Below are positions 10,184-19,386 of a DNA stretch of 64,000 bases, in pieces. A program made the translations under genes and the position numbers. Where the stretch lies: the NCBI GenBank assembly GCA_963768425.1, contig CAVYHV010000014.1, positions 64,001 through 128,000 on the forward strand, written 5' to 3'. Positions within the stretch are counted from its first letter, which is position 1. Each line of letters opens with the position of its first letter. The notes beneath the pieces are model-generated. The model did no database searches and had not been told where the DNA came from. It saw nothing but the letters and a program-made list of their open reading frames with translations. Source of the DNA: Candidatus Bathyarchaeota archaeon (lineage in GTDB: Archaea; Thermoproteota; Bathyarchaeia; Bathyarchaeales; Bathycorpusculaceae).

Positions 10184-10309
10184 GTGAATTCAAAAGCGGT
10201 TGAAGAATTCAAACAAAAATTACTCGTAATAACTGAGGAAACGTACATTGCTCTCCAAAGACTAGAAAAACGACAGATAGTCAGTCTTTTGCCTTTATTA
10301 AAGAGGTGA
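10184..10309 (+). CDS. Possible 41-aa small protein
   Basis: GTG-start ORF MNSKAVEEFKQKLLVITEETYIALQRLEKRQIVSLLPLLKR, ~30 nt after a TTTATATG TATA-like box. Confidence 0.35.
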   Translation: MNSKAVEEFKQKLLVITEETYIALQRLEKRQIVSLLPLLKR

Positions 10310-10313
10310 AAAT

Positions 10314-10412
10314 ACGAGCAAAAACAAAAGAGCCTATGTTCACGTTATAGCAATTTTACTAGTTGTGATAATCATCATTTTGATTCTAATACTACTGAAA
10401 ATGATATTTTAG
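10314..10412 (+). CDS. 32-aa single-TM peptide with class III signal-like N-terminus, apparent ACG start
   Basis: GAGGTG SD then ACG; (T)SKNKRAYVHVIAILLVVIIIILILILLKMIF*. Confidence 0.4.
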   Translation, partial: TSKNKRAYVHVIAILLVVIIIILILILLKMIF

Positions 10413-10935
10413 GCTTCCCTCATCGTTTATTAGAAGATAATCAAGAGCTGAATAATCCCCTAAGAAGTGATTATCCAGCTTTTCTTGTTTGAGAGCTTTT
10501 TTCTCTTCTAGCCAAAAATAGTAAGACAGCAATAGTAAGGGTCACAACAGCAATTGTAGCGACTATGAGCATTCCAGTCGAATTGTCGGTTGAAATGAAA
10601 AGCAAAGAAGGGGGGATTTGGAAATTGGAGTTAGCAAAAGGCAATTAGTGGATCGTGAGCGCGCGTTGCGAGTTTTTTAACTGAAAGCTATTCCCTCAAC
10701 CATAACATTGAAATTTGGAGAATACTAAGAGTCTGATGGACGATGAGAAAATCGAGGTACGATGAAGCGGAAGGCGGGGAATTAGTGCTGGAAGCTTGTG
10801 AAGTCTTTTTCCGCTATTGAGTCCATATTTAAAAAAATACCCCAATCATCTTTGTTTTCTAATTTATCTTAAGTCTCGATTTGCAAAGAGAAAACCTTTA
10901 GTGCTGCACTGAGAAAAACTCAACGGAGAAAAAGT

Positions 10936-11433
10936 ATGCTTGTCGGCGCAATCTCAGATACTCACGACAATCTTCCTGCAGTTGAGAAAGCAGTAAAGTA
11001 CCTAAACGAGCAGAAAGTAAATTTGGTGCTTCATGCAGGCGACTACGTTGCGGGCTTCGTTATCCCGAAATTCAAGCAGCTAAACTGCAAACTCGTCGGC
11101 GTCTTCGGCAACAACGACGGCGACCACGAACTACTCAAAAAAAGATTCAGTGAAACTAGCAACTGCACAATACACGAACGATTTACCCAAATAGAGATCG
11201 AAGGTTACAGAATAGCTCTGCTTCACGGGCACGAAACCGAACTGTTAGATGCCGTAATTGACAGCGGGTACTTTGATGCCGTAATCCACGGGCACTCGCA
11301 CAATAGAAGCATCGAAAAAAAAGGGAAAACTCTAGCCATTAACCCGGGGGAAGTCTGCGGCTACCTTACTGGAAAATGTACTCTAGCCATTCTGGACACT
11401 GCTAAGAATGAAGCAAAAATAGTTGAGTTTTGA
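10936..11433 (+). CDS. YfcE/MJ0936-type metallophosphoesterase
   Basis: SDTHD, HAGD, GNND, HGHSH, NPG motifs. Confidence 0.9.
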   Translation: MLVGAISDTHDNLPAVEKAVKYLNEQKVNLVLHAGDYVAGFVIPKFKQLNCKLVGVFGNNDGDHELLKKRFSETSNCTIHERFTQIEIEGYRIALLHGHETELLDAVIDSGYFDAVIHGHSHNRSIEKKGKTLAINPGEVCGYLTGKCTLAILDTAKNEAKIVEF

Positions 11434-11448
11434 CTCGAAAACCCGCGG

Positions 11449-12381
11449 CTAGTTGCCTTTGTTGTAGGGTTCTCTCATCAAATTCGCTTGCGAAAAGAGT
11501 TGTTTTAGTTGTTCGTCGTTTGCGCCTTTCCGCATAGGTGTTAGGATGTCGGTCAGGTTATCGTTTCTCATCAGGCACGGCTTAAGCTTCCCGTCGCTTG
11601 TAACGCGTATACGGGTGCAATGCATACAAAAATCAGTGTTCTCGATAGGATGCACAATTTCAACCGTTACGTTTGGCAGATGGTAAATCAGGCGGTTATG
11701 CATGAAAGGTCGCCGTTCTACAGTCAAAGCTTGCACTTTTAGGAGCTGTTCTTGCTCCTCAAGGCTTCGGTGATGCGTCTGGTAGTAGTCGCCGCCGACG
11801 TTAATTGGGTCAAGCTCAATCAACTGAAGGACTACTTTGTTTTGCCGGGCGTACTCAATTAGGCTTGGAACATCGCCCACGTTAACGTCTTTGAGGATAA
11901 CCATGTTGAGTTTCACGGGGCAGAAACCCGCTTCAATTGCCGTTTTCACCCCTTCCAGAGCGTCTTGGAGTTTTCCGCCTGTTAAGCGGTGGTAAGTTTC
12001 AGCGTTCAATGACGGGAGACTTATGTTCACACGCTTTAGCCCCCGACTATAAAGGTCCTTTGCCATGCCGCTGAGGAGCAAACCGTTAGTTGTTAACGAT
12101 AAATCTTTCAAACCCTGTATTGCAGATATGCCTGAAATGATTTCGGGAAGGTCTTTACGCATAAGCGGCTCGCCGCCTGTCAACTTTATGCGTGCGATGC
12201 CAAGACTTACTGCGACCTTCGCGATGCGCACGATTTCGTGGGCAGTCATTTTCTCAGCTGAACGGTTAGCTCGTTGGACTTCTCCTTCCCGATGGCAGTA
12301 GGCACAACGGTTGTTGCACCGCTGGGTAATCGAGATGCGTAGGTTAAGGAGGGGTCTGCCGCAGTTGTCGGTTAAACTCAT
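11449..12381 (-). CDS. moaA: GTP 3',8-cyclase MoaA
   Basis: LRISITQRCNNRCAYC, TGGEP, FCMHCTRIRVTSDGKLKPCL. Confidence 0.95.
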   Translation of the reverse strand: MSLTDNCGRPLLNLRISITQRCNNRCAYCHREGEVQRANRSAEKMTAHEIVRIAKVAVSLGIARIKLTGGEPLMRKDLPEIISGISAIQGLKDLSLTTNGLLLSGMAKDLYSRGLKRVNISLPSLNAETYHRLTGGKLQDALEGVKTAIEAGFCPVKLNMVILKDVNVGDVPSLIEYARQNKVVLQLIELDPINVGGDYYQTHHRSLEEQEQLLKVQALTVERRPFMHNRLIYHLPNVTVEIVHPIENTDFCMHCTRIRVTSDGKLKPCLMRNDNLTDILTPMRKGANDEQLKQLFSQANLMREPYNKGN

Positions 12382-12384
12382 TCG

Positions 12385-12918
12385 TTATTCACGAGCGTGC
12401 TTAACGATGTGAGGCGACTCGGGCAAAATAAGCATTTCTGCCGCAACCCGCACAGCATCTGGGGAACCTGGAATACAAAACAGCGCCTTACCTTTTGCAA
12501 CGCCAGCGACTGCGCGGGACAGAACTGCTGCGGAACCTACCTTACCGAAGCTTATTGCCCTGAAAAACTCACCGAAACCGGGCAGAGTTTTCTCAAAAAA
12601 GGGCGAAACCGTTTCGATGGTCACGTCGGAGTGCGTAATACCGGTTCCGCCTGAAAAGATGACAACGTCTAAGCTAGGCATGTCTACAGCTTCTTTAACT
12701 GCGTCAGAAATCAACACTTTGTCGTCAGCGATTATCTGTTTGAAAAGCACGTTCTGCTGCGCCTTCTTGAGTATTTCGACAAGAGTGTCGCCGCCGATGT
12801 CGCTGACGTCTTTTTCACCGTTCTGGATTTGCTGGTATCGTGAGGTACTGCAGATGTACACGCCGAAGTTTAGGATTTTTGGCGCTTTAGCCTTATGTGT
12901 CTTTGATGATTCGCTCAC
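12385..12918 (-). CDS. moaB: Molybdopterin adenylyltransferase MoaB/MogA family
   Basis: GGTGIT..DVT, PGFGEFFR, LSRAVAG, PGSP; GTG start at 12918 avoids overlap with moaC. Confidence 0.9.
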   Translation of the reverse strand: MSESSKTHKAKAPKILNFGVYICSTSRYQQIQNGEKDVSDIGGDTLVEILKKAQQNVLFKQIIADDKVLISDAVKEAVDMPSLDVVIFSGGTGITHSDVTIETVSPFFEKTLPGFGEFFRAISFGKVGSAAVLSRAVAGVAKGKALFCIPGSPDAVRVAAEMLILPESPHIVKHARE

Positions 12919-12923
12919 GCCTT

Positions 12924-13364
12924 CTACACCTGCTGCTTGATTTTGCGCACTACATGAATGTTCTCGATCGCTGTTGATGGGTACTGTCCTACGCTGTCCT
13001 TTTCGTATTGCTTTGTCATGTCCCAAACCGTGAGTAACCCCATGGAAACTGCTGTAAGCGCCTCCATTTCCACGCCCGTTTGCGCCTTAGCTTTCACGGT
13101 CGCCGTAACCTCAACTGACCCTTCGCCTGAAACTTTTACTTCAACCTGTACATTAGTTAACGGCAGCGGATGACATAGTGGAATCAAATTGCTTGTTTTC
13201 TTGGCTGCCAGAACTCCCGCTATCTTCGCCGTGTAAAGCGGGTCGCCCTTAGCGATTTTTCCAGTCTTAATCAAACCAATCGTTTCGGGCTTCAGCTTTA
13301 TCGTTCCCGACGCCGTTGCTTCACGGAAGATTTCCGCCTTATCTGAAACATCAACCATAGCCAA
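12924..13364 (-). CDS. moaC: Cyclic pyranopterin monophosphate synthase MoaC
   Basis: MVDVSDK, LIPLCHP, TGVEMEAL, DMTK. Confidence 0.95.
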   Translation of the reverse strand: MAMVDVSDKAEIFREATASGTIKLKPETIGLIKTGKIAKGDPLYTAKIAGVLAAKKTSNLIPLCHPLPLTNVQVEVKVSGEGSVEVTATVKAKAQTGVEMEALTAVSMGLLTVWDMTKQYEKDSVGQYPSTAIENIHVVRKIKQQV

Positions 13365-13497
13365 AGTTACTTCACCAGTTAGCGTTTTGTTCTTGTGATA
13401 ATTCTGTTTTCCTTTCTTGTATGTCTTTTTGTTTTAGAGAAGTCAGAGTTCTGATTTAATCCTGTTTGCGGGCTAGAGCGGTGGACCAGTCGTTGGG

Positions 13498-13764
13498 CTA
13501 CTTGTTTTGTTCCCACGTTTCTATCAGGCTTTTGATTGCTTTCGCTTTTGGGGAAGCTTCGTTAAACCTGTACATACGAACCCGCCCGTACGTGAGTTCC
13601 TGCAGGATTCCTTCTGCCTCAAAAACTTTGAGGTTATCAGCCGTCGTGGCGAAGTTGCTGCCAAGTCGCCGTGCAATATCGGAAACGTTGAGCGAACCCA
13701 GTTCGTAGAGCAGTCTTAGGATTTTCACGCGAAGTCTCGACGATAAAACCTCTTCAATTTCCAT
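13498..13764 (-). CDS. Winged-helix (ArsR-like) protein co-transcribed with cdc6
   Basis: LSSRLRVKILRLL...LNVSDIARRL...GRVRMYRFN. Confidence 0.75.
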   Translation of the reverse strand: MEIEEVLSSRLRVKILRLLYELGSLNVSDIARRLGSNFATTADNLKVFEAEGILQELTYGRVRMYRFNEASPKAKAIKSLIETWEQNK

Positions 13765-13771
13765 CGCTACG

Positions 13772-14962
13772 TCACGTTCTTCCTTTTTCTGCAGTTAAAG
13801 AGGCATTCAGCTCTTTCTCAAGTTCAACCGCGGGGATAGCAGGCAGAGAAACTTGTGTTGATCTTCCCCTTCCCGTTGTGGAGGCAACTTCAATTTTGAT
13901 AATTCCCATAGACGAGAAGTATTGGGCGTAGTTCCAGATTTGTGTGTGGCTGTTAGATTTCTGATCGAATTCTTCGCAGATAACCTCGTAAACTTTCTCA
14001 ACCTCGGTTAGTAATGCGTAAGCTTGACCGTTTTCTTTGAAGAACCGTGCCACTGCTAGCAGGAACAGTTTTTCATGCATTCCCAAAGAAGCTAAGTCGC
14101 TTCGTCGCATACTTGGGATGATGCTGGAGACTGCCATTCGAACACATTCTGCTTCAACCCCTTCAGCGTCGTTAGCATCCGCGTATTTGCCTGCACGCCA
14201 AAGCAATTCTATGCCGAACCGCGCGTTCCCCGTTTCCTTAAACGCCAACGCCGCAATCAAGGCGACCACATCTTCCTCCATTGCCCCGAGTTCAAACGCC
14301 ATGGTCACGCGTTCCCTTAATATGTCGACGAGTTGCTCTTTGCCGTAGCGTTCAAGGCGGACGACGCTTCGTTGAAGGGTGCTTTTTGAGCTTTCATCCA
14401 GCCGCTCGATCGCTTTTAGGTCACGCATTATGAAGATGAATGATAGCCGCTGCGGTTTGCCTTGCCGCATCTCCTGCAGCCGTGTGAGCTTGTAGACAGC
14501 GTCGGAGCCTTCATGCTCTATTAGGCTGTCAAACTCGTCCAGCGTCAGAACCACAGAAACCTGTTCTTCATCTAGGACTTGCAACAGCGTTGCGAGGACT
14601 TCTTGCTCTGAATATCCACGGGATGGGTAGGTGGGACGGAAAGCGGTCAGCGCTTGATGAATGATTTGGAGGAGGGTGCCTCTGAATTCCCGGCAGTTGA
14701 CATGGATATAACGGAACTTCACGGCTCGCCTGTTAGCTTCGGAAGTGATGTTTGCACCGAAATGCTGCGCAAGAACGGTTTTTCCAGTTCCCACATCGCC
14801 GGTTAATATGACCCGCTGAGCCATTCGCTCGGGAAAACGGGTAACAAAGCTAAAGAATTCCATTAGAAGACGAAGCTCAGTTTCCCTATGAGGAAGCTTC
14901 TGCGGAACGTAATTTATATCAAGCTTAGATTCATCCTTGAACACACTTCGACGAGACCACAA
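13772..14962 (-). CDS. cdc6: Cdc6/Orc1 replication initiator AAA+ ATPase
   Basis: YVP..LPHRE, Walker A GDVGTGKT, HVNC, Walker B LTLDEFD, GNAR, C-terminal wH. Confidence 0.95.
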   Translation of the reverse strand: MWSRRSVFKDESKLDINYVPQKLPHRETELRLLMEFFSFVTRFPERMAQRVILTGDVGTGKTVLAQHFGANITSEANRRAVKFRYIHVNCREFRGTLLQIIHQALTAFRPTYPSRGYSEQEVLATLLQVLDEEQVSVVLTLDEFDSLIEHEGSDAVYKLTRLQEMRQGKPQRLSFIFIMRDLKAIERLDESSKSTLQRSVVRLERYGKEQLVDILRERVTMAFELGAMEEDVVALIAALAFKETGNARFGIELLWRAGKYADANDAEGVEAECVRMAVSSIIPSMRRSDLASLGMHEKLFLLAVARFFKENGQAYALLTEVEKVYEVICEEFDQKSNSHTQIWNYAQYFSSMGIIKIEVASTTGRGRSTQVSLPAIPAVELEKELNASLTAEKGRT

Positions 14963-15313
14963 ATCTAGTTCCTCAACCGTAAGATTCCCTGTTTCGATTC
15001 AATACTAACTGTTGCAGTAAAACCCTAATAAATCCATTTAGCAAGATCCTCGGCGCTTCGACCGACTGGAGAAAAGATTCTTACAAACTCTCCTATAGGT
15101 TCTACTTGATCCAAATAAGAGCACCAAGAGATGCCAAACACATTCAGAAATTCTCTTTTCTTTCAGGATTCCAGTTGAAGGAATCCACATCGGCGGCAAC
15201 CTAAAAACGATTTTGGAATAAAATAGAACTTTAGGTGAAGCCCGTAGCGCCCTTACAACAAAAAATTTATCCCTTAAACGCTGCTATGTAGCAGTTGGGG
15301 AGAGACGTCAAAG

Positions 15314-16138
15314 TTGACGATTGAGTCTAACCGAACCACGGGCGGAGTCGCCGCTTGTTTATTCGTGACAAGCGTAGTCAGCCAAGTTCTCTCCATTTTC
15401 CAAAACACGTTGTCAAGAACAAGTGGGGTTTCCATCGCACTTGTCGGCATCTCAGGCATCATCGGCGTTTTATCTTTTGTGGCGTTGATTCTTTTCTTTG
15501 TCGCTATGCACGGCTTCTCCAAAGACTACGGTGAACCCCGCATATTCGACTACCTCACCTACGGCTTAGTAGCAGCGATAATAATTGGCATCCTAAGCAT
15601 AGTAGTGGCCATAGCGATCGCCATTGCAAACGCGGCATCTGTGCTTCCGATCTTGACATCTTCAACAACTTCGCAAACCCAAATCAGCACCGTGGTTCAA
15701 AAATCTCTTTTACCTACGTTACCCATTTTCGCCGCTGTTTCGTTGGTTTGGATATTGTTCAATGTTCTCTCGATTAATTTGCTTGGAGATAAATCGAAAG
15801 TTGCCCTGTTTCGAACTGGTGCCAAGGTGCTGTTAGCTGGCGCTTTAGTTTCAGTCGCTGCGACAGCAATACTTGCAGCAATCGCCTATACCTTGTCCTT
15901 GTCCTACAGTACTATATTGCTGACCTTGTCGGTTCCAGGAGGGTTCATACAAGACGCGGCCTGGGTGCTTTTGGCAATGGCTTTCTTTAGAATCCAAACT
16001 CCACCAGCCTTCCCAACACATCCTGTGAACATGTCAGCAGCCCCGACCCTCTCAAGCCAAACAAAAATATGCCCCAAATGCGGCGTACCAACCCAAGCAG
16101 ACGCTCTTTTCTGCGAAAGATGCGGTCAAAAATTATAG
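15314..16138 (+). CDS. DUF996-like multi-pass membrane protein with C-terminal zinc ribbon
   Basis: Several TM helices, LFRTG motif, CPKCG...FCERCG. Confidence 0.7.
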   Translation: MTIESNRTTGGVAACLFVTSVVSQVLSIFQNTLSRTSGVSIALVGISGIIGVLSFVALILFFVAMHGFSKDYGEPRIFDYLTYGLVAAIIIGILSIVVAIAIAIANAASVLPILTSSTTSQTQISTVVQKSLLPTLPIFAAVSLVWILFNVLSINLLGDKSKVALFRTGAKVLLAGALVSVAATAILAAIAYTLSLSYSTILLTLSVPGGFIQDAAWVLLAMAFFRIQTPPAFPTHPVNMSAAPTLSSQTKICPKCGVPTQADALFCERCGQKL

Positions 16139-16220
16139 AAACTGACCAATCGTCTATTGTTGCACGAGGCGATAGGTAAAATTATATTTGGAAGCGTCGT
16201 CATTACAGTGCCCGACAAGT

Positions 16221-16295
16221 GGGTCCGTGGCGCAGTACGGATAGCGCGTCAGCCTTCTAAGCTGAAAGTCGTGGGTTCAAATCCCACCGGACCCG
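16221..16295 (+). tRNA. tRNA-Arg(TCT), intronless, CCA not encoded
   Basis: GGGTCCG/CGGACCC acceptor stem, TCAGC-CTTCTAA-GCTGA anticodon arm, GGTTCAAATCC T-arm. Confidence 0.95.
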
Positions 16296-16306
16296 CTTTG
16301 ATTTCG

Positions 16307-16498
16307 TTAAAGATTGTTTTTTGTGCCTTTTCTGTTCCCAAATCTGTTCCCCATTGTTCCCATGATAGTGTTTCCATTTACCAGATATTTGATAAAGATA
16401 CGTTTTCCATTTTGATATTCACAGTGAATTAATCTGATAGAACTGCCTCTTTGTTCAACTACCCCAACTTTACCGCAAAGAGAGCAAAGTGCTTTCAT
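16307..16498 (-). CDS. Small CxxC protein reading toward the tRNA 3' end (possible N-terminal fragment of a split integrase)
   Basis: MKALCSLCGKVGVVEQRGSS...; ATGA overlap with the upstream small ORF remnant. Confidence 0.45.
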   Translation of the reverse strand: MKALCSLCGKVGVVEQRGSSIRLIHCEYQNGKRIFIKYLVNGNTIMGTMGNRFGNRKGTKNNL

Positions 16499-16645
16499 GC
16501 TTTCACCTGCTTGCCTTCTGCTATGTCTAACAGTCCAGAGATTGCATCATCTGATGTCTCTGACTTCTCAGCGAAATTCATTAGTCTGCTATGGACTTCG
16601 GAACCTACTTTTGGTATTTTGCCGAATTTTCTTTTTTTCCAGTGT
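16495..16645 (-). pseudogene. Degenerate RHH-like small regulator
   Basis: ...KFGKIPKVGSEVHSRLMNFAEKSETSDDAISGLLDIAEGKQVKA*, no in-frame start (A7 run at the 5' end). Confidence 0.4.
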
Positions 16646-16700
16646 GGTTTTAATAATGGTTGTTAGAATAGTGATATCTTCTGAAAAAGAGGAAACATGA

Positions 16701-17849
16701 ATGAAAAAAGAAGCCACATTAATTCTTCTAGTTCTTTTATGTTTCAGCTTATTTGTAATACCAGTGAAAGCTGCGCATATCACGTTGAACTGTACTTGGC
16801 TTGACGATTATGCAGACCAAACTTACAATGAGTTAGCCAATCCGCAAAGCGTAGTTAATCAACTTTCAGGCTCTAACATAAATTGTGTTATTGTTTTTGG
16901 CGGCGATTGGGCGTCAAGTGGAGCAATAAGCTACGATTCAGGCTCAGTTTATTGGTCTAACTTCATAAACATTTTACATAAAAACGGTTATTCAGTTTTT
17001 GTTTGGATAAGTATTTGGGATGATCCAACTACAGTCGACATCACTAACCACACAGTTATTCAAACAATGTACAATTCAGCAGTACAATGTTTAAGCACAT
17101 ACGGATTTGATGGATTTAACGATGATTTTGAAGGATGGAGAGGAAATACACAGGCTTTGATAAACTATGAACAAGGTTTAGCGACTGCCGTAAGAAATCA
17201 TGGAAAAATAGCTTCAGCTTGTCTTGAAGTAGATTGGGGTGGAGCAACGATTAGTCAGCTTTATCCCTATCTCACAAGCTTCAATTATCTGATGCCAATG
17301 TACTACCAAACTATTACATCAGATAACGGGAGTGTTTGGTCACAAATCTTATCATATGCTGGAGCACCGATAGTTATGGGTCTCGATTTTTCTTCTAACG
17401 ACTACACTCAAAACGGGATGTCTTATCCATCAGCTTCCCAGCAATTATCTACAGTTTCAAATTTCATGAGTGAAAACTCAACCTCTAAGCTTGCTGGGTT
17501 CTCTATTTGGTCATACGATGAAATGAGCAACACTGACTTATCATCATGGAACAATTGGGCAGTGAAAAATTTATCTGCAACTCCAAGTCCAACTCCATCA
17601 CCAAGTCCAAGCCCTATACCTAAAGCTACTTCTATTCCAACAACAGCGCCATCACCAACTCCAACACCATCACCTAATACAACTCCAAATAACGCACCAT
17701 TGCCATCTCAAAGTCCAATGATCGTGCCAGACCAAACCCAGTCAAGTTTACCTCAAGGGGCAATCTATGGAATAGTGGTTGTCGCAGCATTCGTGGTAAT
17801 TGTTGCAGCTACGCTGTTGCTAAAAAAGCAAGTTGCATTGAAGAAATAA
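16701..17849 (+). CDS. Secreted GH18-like TIM-barrel glycoside hydrolase with Pro/Thr linker and C-terminal TM anchor
   Basis: Signal peptide; FDGFNDDFEG, LMPMYY, LAGFSIWSY; TPSP repeats; terminal TM + KK. Confidence 0.7.
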   Translation: MKKEATLILLVLLCFSLFVIPVKAAHITLNCTWLDDYADQTYNELANPQSVVNQLSGSNINCVIVFGGDWASSGAISYDSGSVYWSNFINILHKNGYSVFVWISIWDDPTTVDITNHTVIQTMYNSAVQCLSTYGFDGFNDDFEGWRGNTQALINYEQGLATAVRNHGKIASACLEVDWGGATISQLYPYLTSFNYLMPMYYQTITSDNGSVWSQILSYAGAPIVMGLDFSSNDYTQNGMSYPSASQQLSTVSNFMSENSTSKLAGFSIWSYDEMSNTDLSSWNNWAVKNLSATPSPTPSPSPSPIPKATSIPTTAPSPTPTPSPNTTPNNAPLPSQSPMIVPDQTQSSLPQGAIYGIVVVAAFVVIVAATLLLKKQVALKK

Positions 17850-18180
17850 AATTCTTACTCTCATTACTGATAGTATTTAGCCAAGTTTTCATAAAGCTAA
17901 GCCTTAAATCTGAAAAGGTAGCATTGCTCCATTTAACTCCGTAGTTTTTCAATTTACCTTTATACTCTTCAGAGCACCCAAGATATTTGCTCAAACAAAC
18001 CACAGCTTTAAACACATTACGGCTTTTGCTTGGAGTTATGGCAAGTATCTTAGATGGGTTCTCAATATAGTCCTAGTATCGCATTGAATATTGAAATTGC
18101 ATGCTATGCGTACGTTCTATAGTATTTCTGATAACAATATTCTCTGTATTGGTTTATGTCAAAGTATTTTCTATGTGTGC
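17850..18180 (-). pseudogene. Decayed archaeal tyrosine-integrase fragment
   Basis: FDINQYREYCYQKYYRTYA / ...NVFKAVVCLSKYLGCSEEYKGKLKNYGVKWS with stops and a frameshift; resembles, from recall, TACK-type integrase segments. Confidence 0.5.
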
Positions 18181-18346
18181 ATTCTAGTCTGAAAGTTTGT
18201 CGTTTGATTTTGCATCAATTATTGAGGTTGACCGACTAGGTTTAGTTGTTAACTATGGGAACCTATGGCATAGAAATGTGGGAGAATAACGCCTCAAAAA
18301 ATGAGTGAATGAAAGTGGCGGCGCCCAACCATCTAAGCAGTTAGCG

Positions 18347-18781
18347 CTAATGGGAATTGGATGTGTTCAGTTTCACCGCAGCGCGGATGAGGGTCTTGAA
18401 TGCATCATCGTCAATGTTCTCGCCTTCATGGATGTCGATGGCGCGCCTGACGGTTCCAGGTTGGGTGAATAGGCGAGAGGGGTCTTCCAGCGAAGCACCC
18501 TTGAAGAATGTCATTTTCACATGGTCCTTGTAGGTCTCGCCCGTGCAGATGCCGCCGTTGTGGGACCAGACGGGCGTCCCAGGATTGGTTGGCTTTACCC
18601 ACTTCCACTCTTCAACTACCTCCGGATCCGCTTCCTTGATGAGCGTGCGCACTTTGGCTAACGTTTCTCCGCGCCAGTCGCCTAGCTCCTTGATTCTCGC
18701 GTCTATCAGTTGAGATGCAGATTCGACACTTTGGGAACCATTCTTTTTCATCTCTTTGCTGAGCGTCCTTTTGGTCATCAT
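18347..18781 (-). CDS. DUF1801 (YdhG-like) protein
   Basis: DWRGETL..VR.LI.EADP.VVEEWKW...PVWSH.G.ICTGETYK..VKMTFFKGASLEDP. Confidence 0.9.
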   Translation of the reverse strand: MMTKRTLSKEMKKNGSQSVESASQLIDARIKELGDWRGETLAKVRTLIKEADPEVVEEWKWVKPTNPGTPVWSHNGGICTGETYKDHVKMTFFKGASLEDPSRLFTQPGTVRRAIDIHEGENIDDDAFKTLIRAAVKLNTSNSH

Positions 18782-18854
18782 ATCACATAAAATCTTTCTT
18801 TTTACTATTTTTAAGAGTAATACAGACCTTTAAGTTCAGTAACTCGAAAGACTC

Positions 18855-19226
18855 TTATGATTGTAGAATGTTCCAGACGTTGCCATCAGGATCATTGACG
18901 CTGAAGAATCTGCCTCCCCGCGGATAAGGCATGATCTCACTGTTTGGCTTAACGCCCTTTGCTTTAATTGCGTTGTACGCTGCTTCAACATCGGGTGTTG
19001 AAATAAAGAAATTTCTTCCTGTATCGAATTTGATTTGTTCCGAAATAAAGTCAAGAGCAAGGTAAGTGCCGCCGCCAGGAGGAACAACGAAGACAGAGCG
19101 GTTTCCCTTCCCCCACTTGGCGTCTCCATTTGCTTCAAAGCCTAAAACATCGGTATAGAATGCTTTAGTTTTATCCATGTCGCTTACTTGCAGATGAGTC
19201 AAAATTATTTTATCAACAATTTTCAC
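18855..19226 (-). CDS. VOC/glyoxalase family protein
   Basis: VSDMDKTKAFYTDVLGF, PRGGRFFSVNDPDGN; GTG start at 19226. Confidence 0.85.
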   Translation of the reverse strand: MKIVDKIILTHLQVSDMDKTKAFYTDVLGFEANGDAKWGKGNRSVFVVPPGGGTYLALDFISEQIKFDTGRNFFISTPDVEAAYNAIKAKGVKPNSEIMPYPRGGRFFSVNDPDGNVWNILQS

Positions 19227-19386
19227 AAAAATCGCCTTGTTATAACGTCTAGCATAACCTGGCATAAATCTTCGCACCTAATGGCCATCGTGTTTTTGGA
19301 CAACCATACATTAGCAAATAAGCAACCAATGCGGAAAACGAAAGTGACACACAAGTTGTGATGGAACAATTACTATAATAAATTAA

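Noticed and set aside
17575-17700. CCAA/CCAT-rich repeats as a VNTR or regulatory element
   Set aside because: Encodes the Pro/Thr/Ser linker of the GH18-like protein
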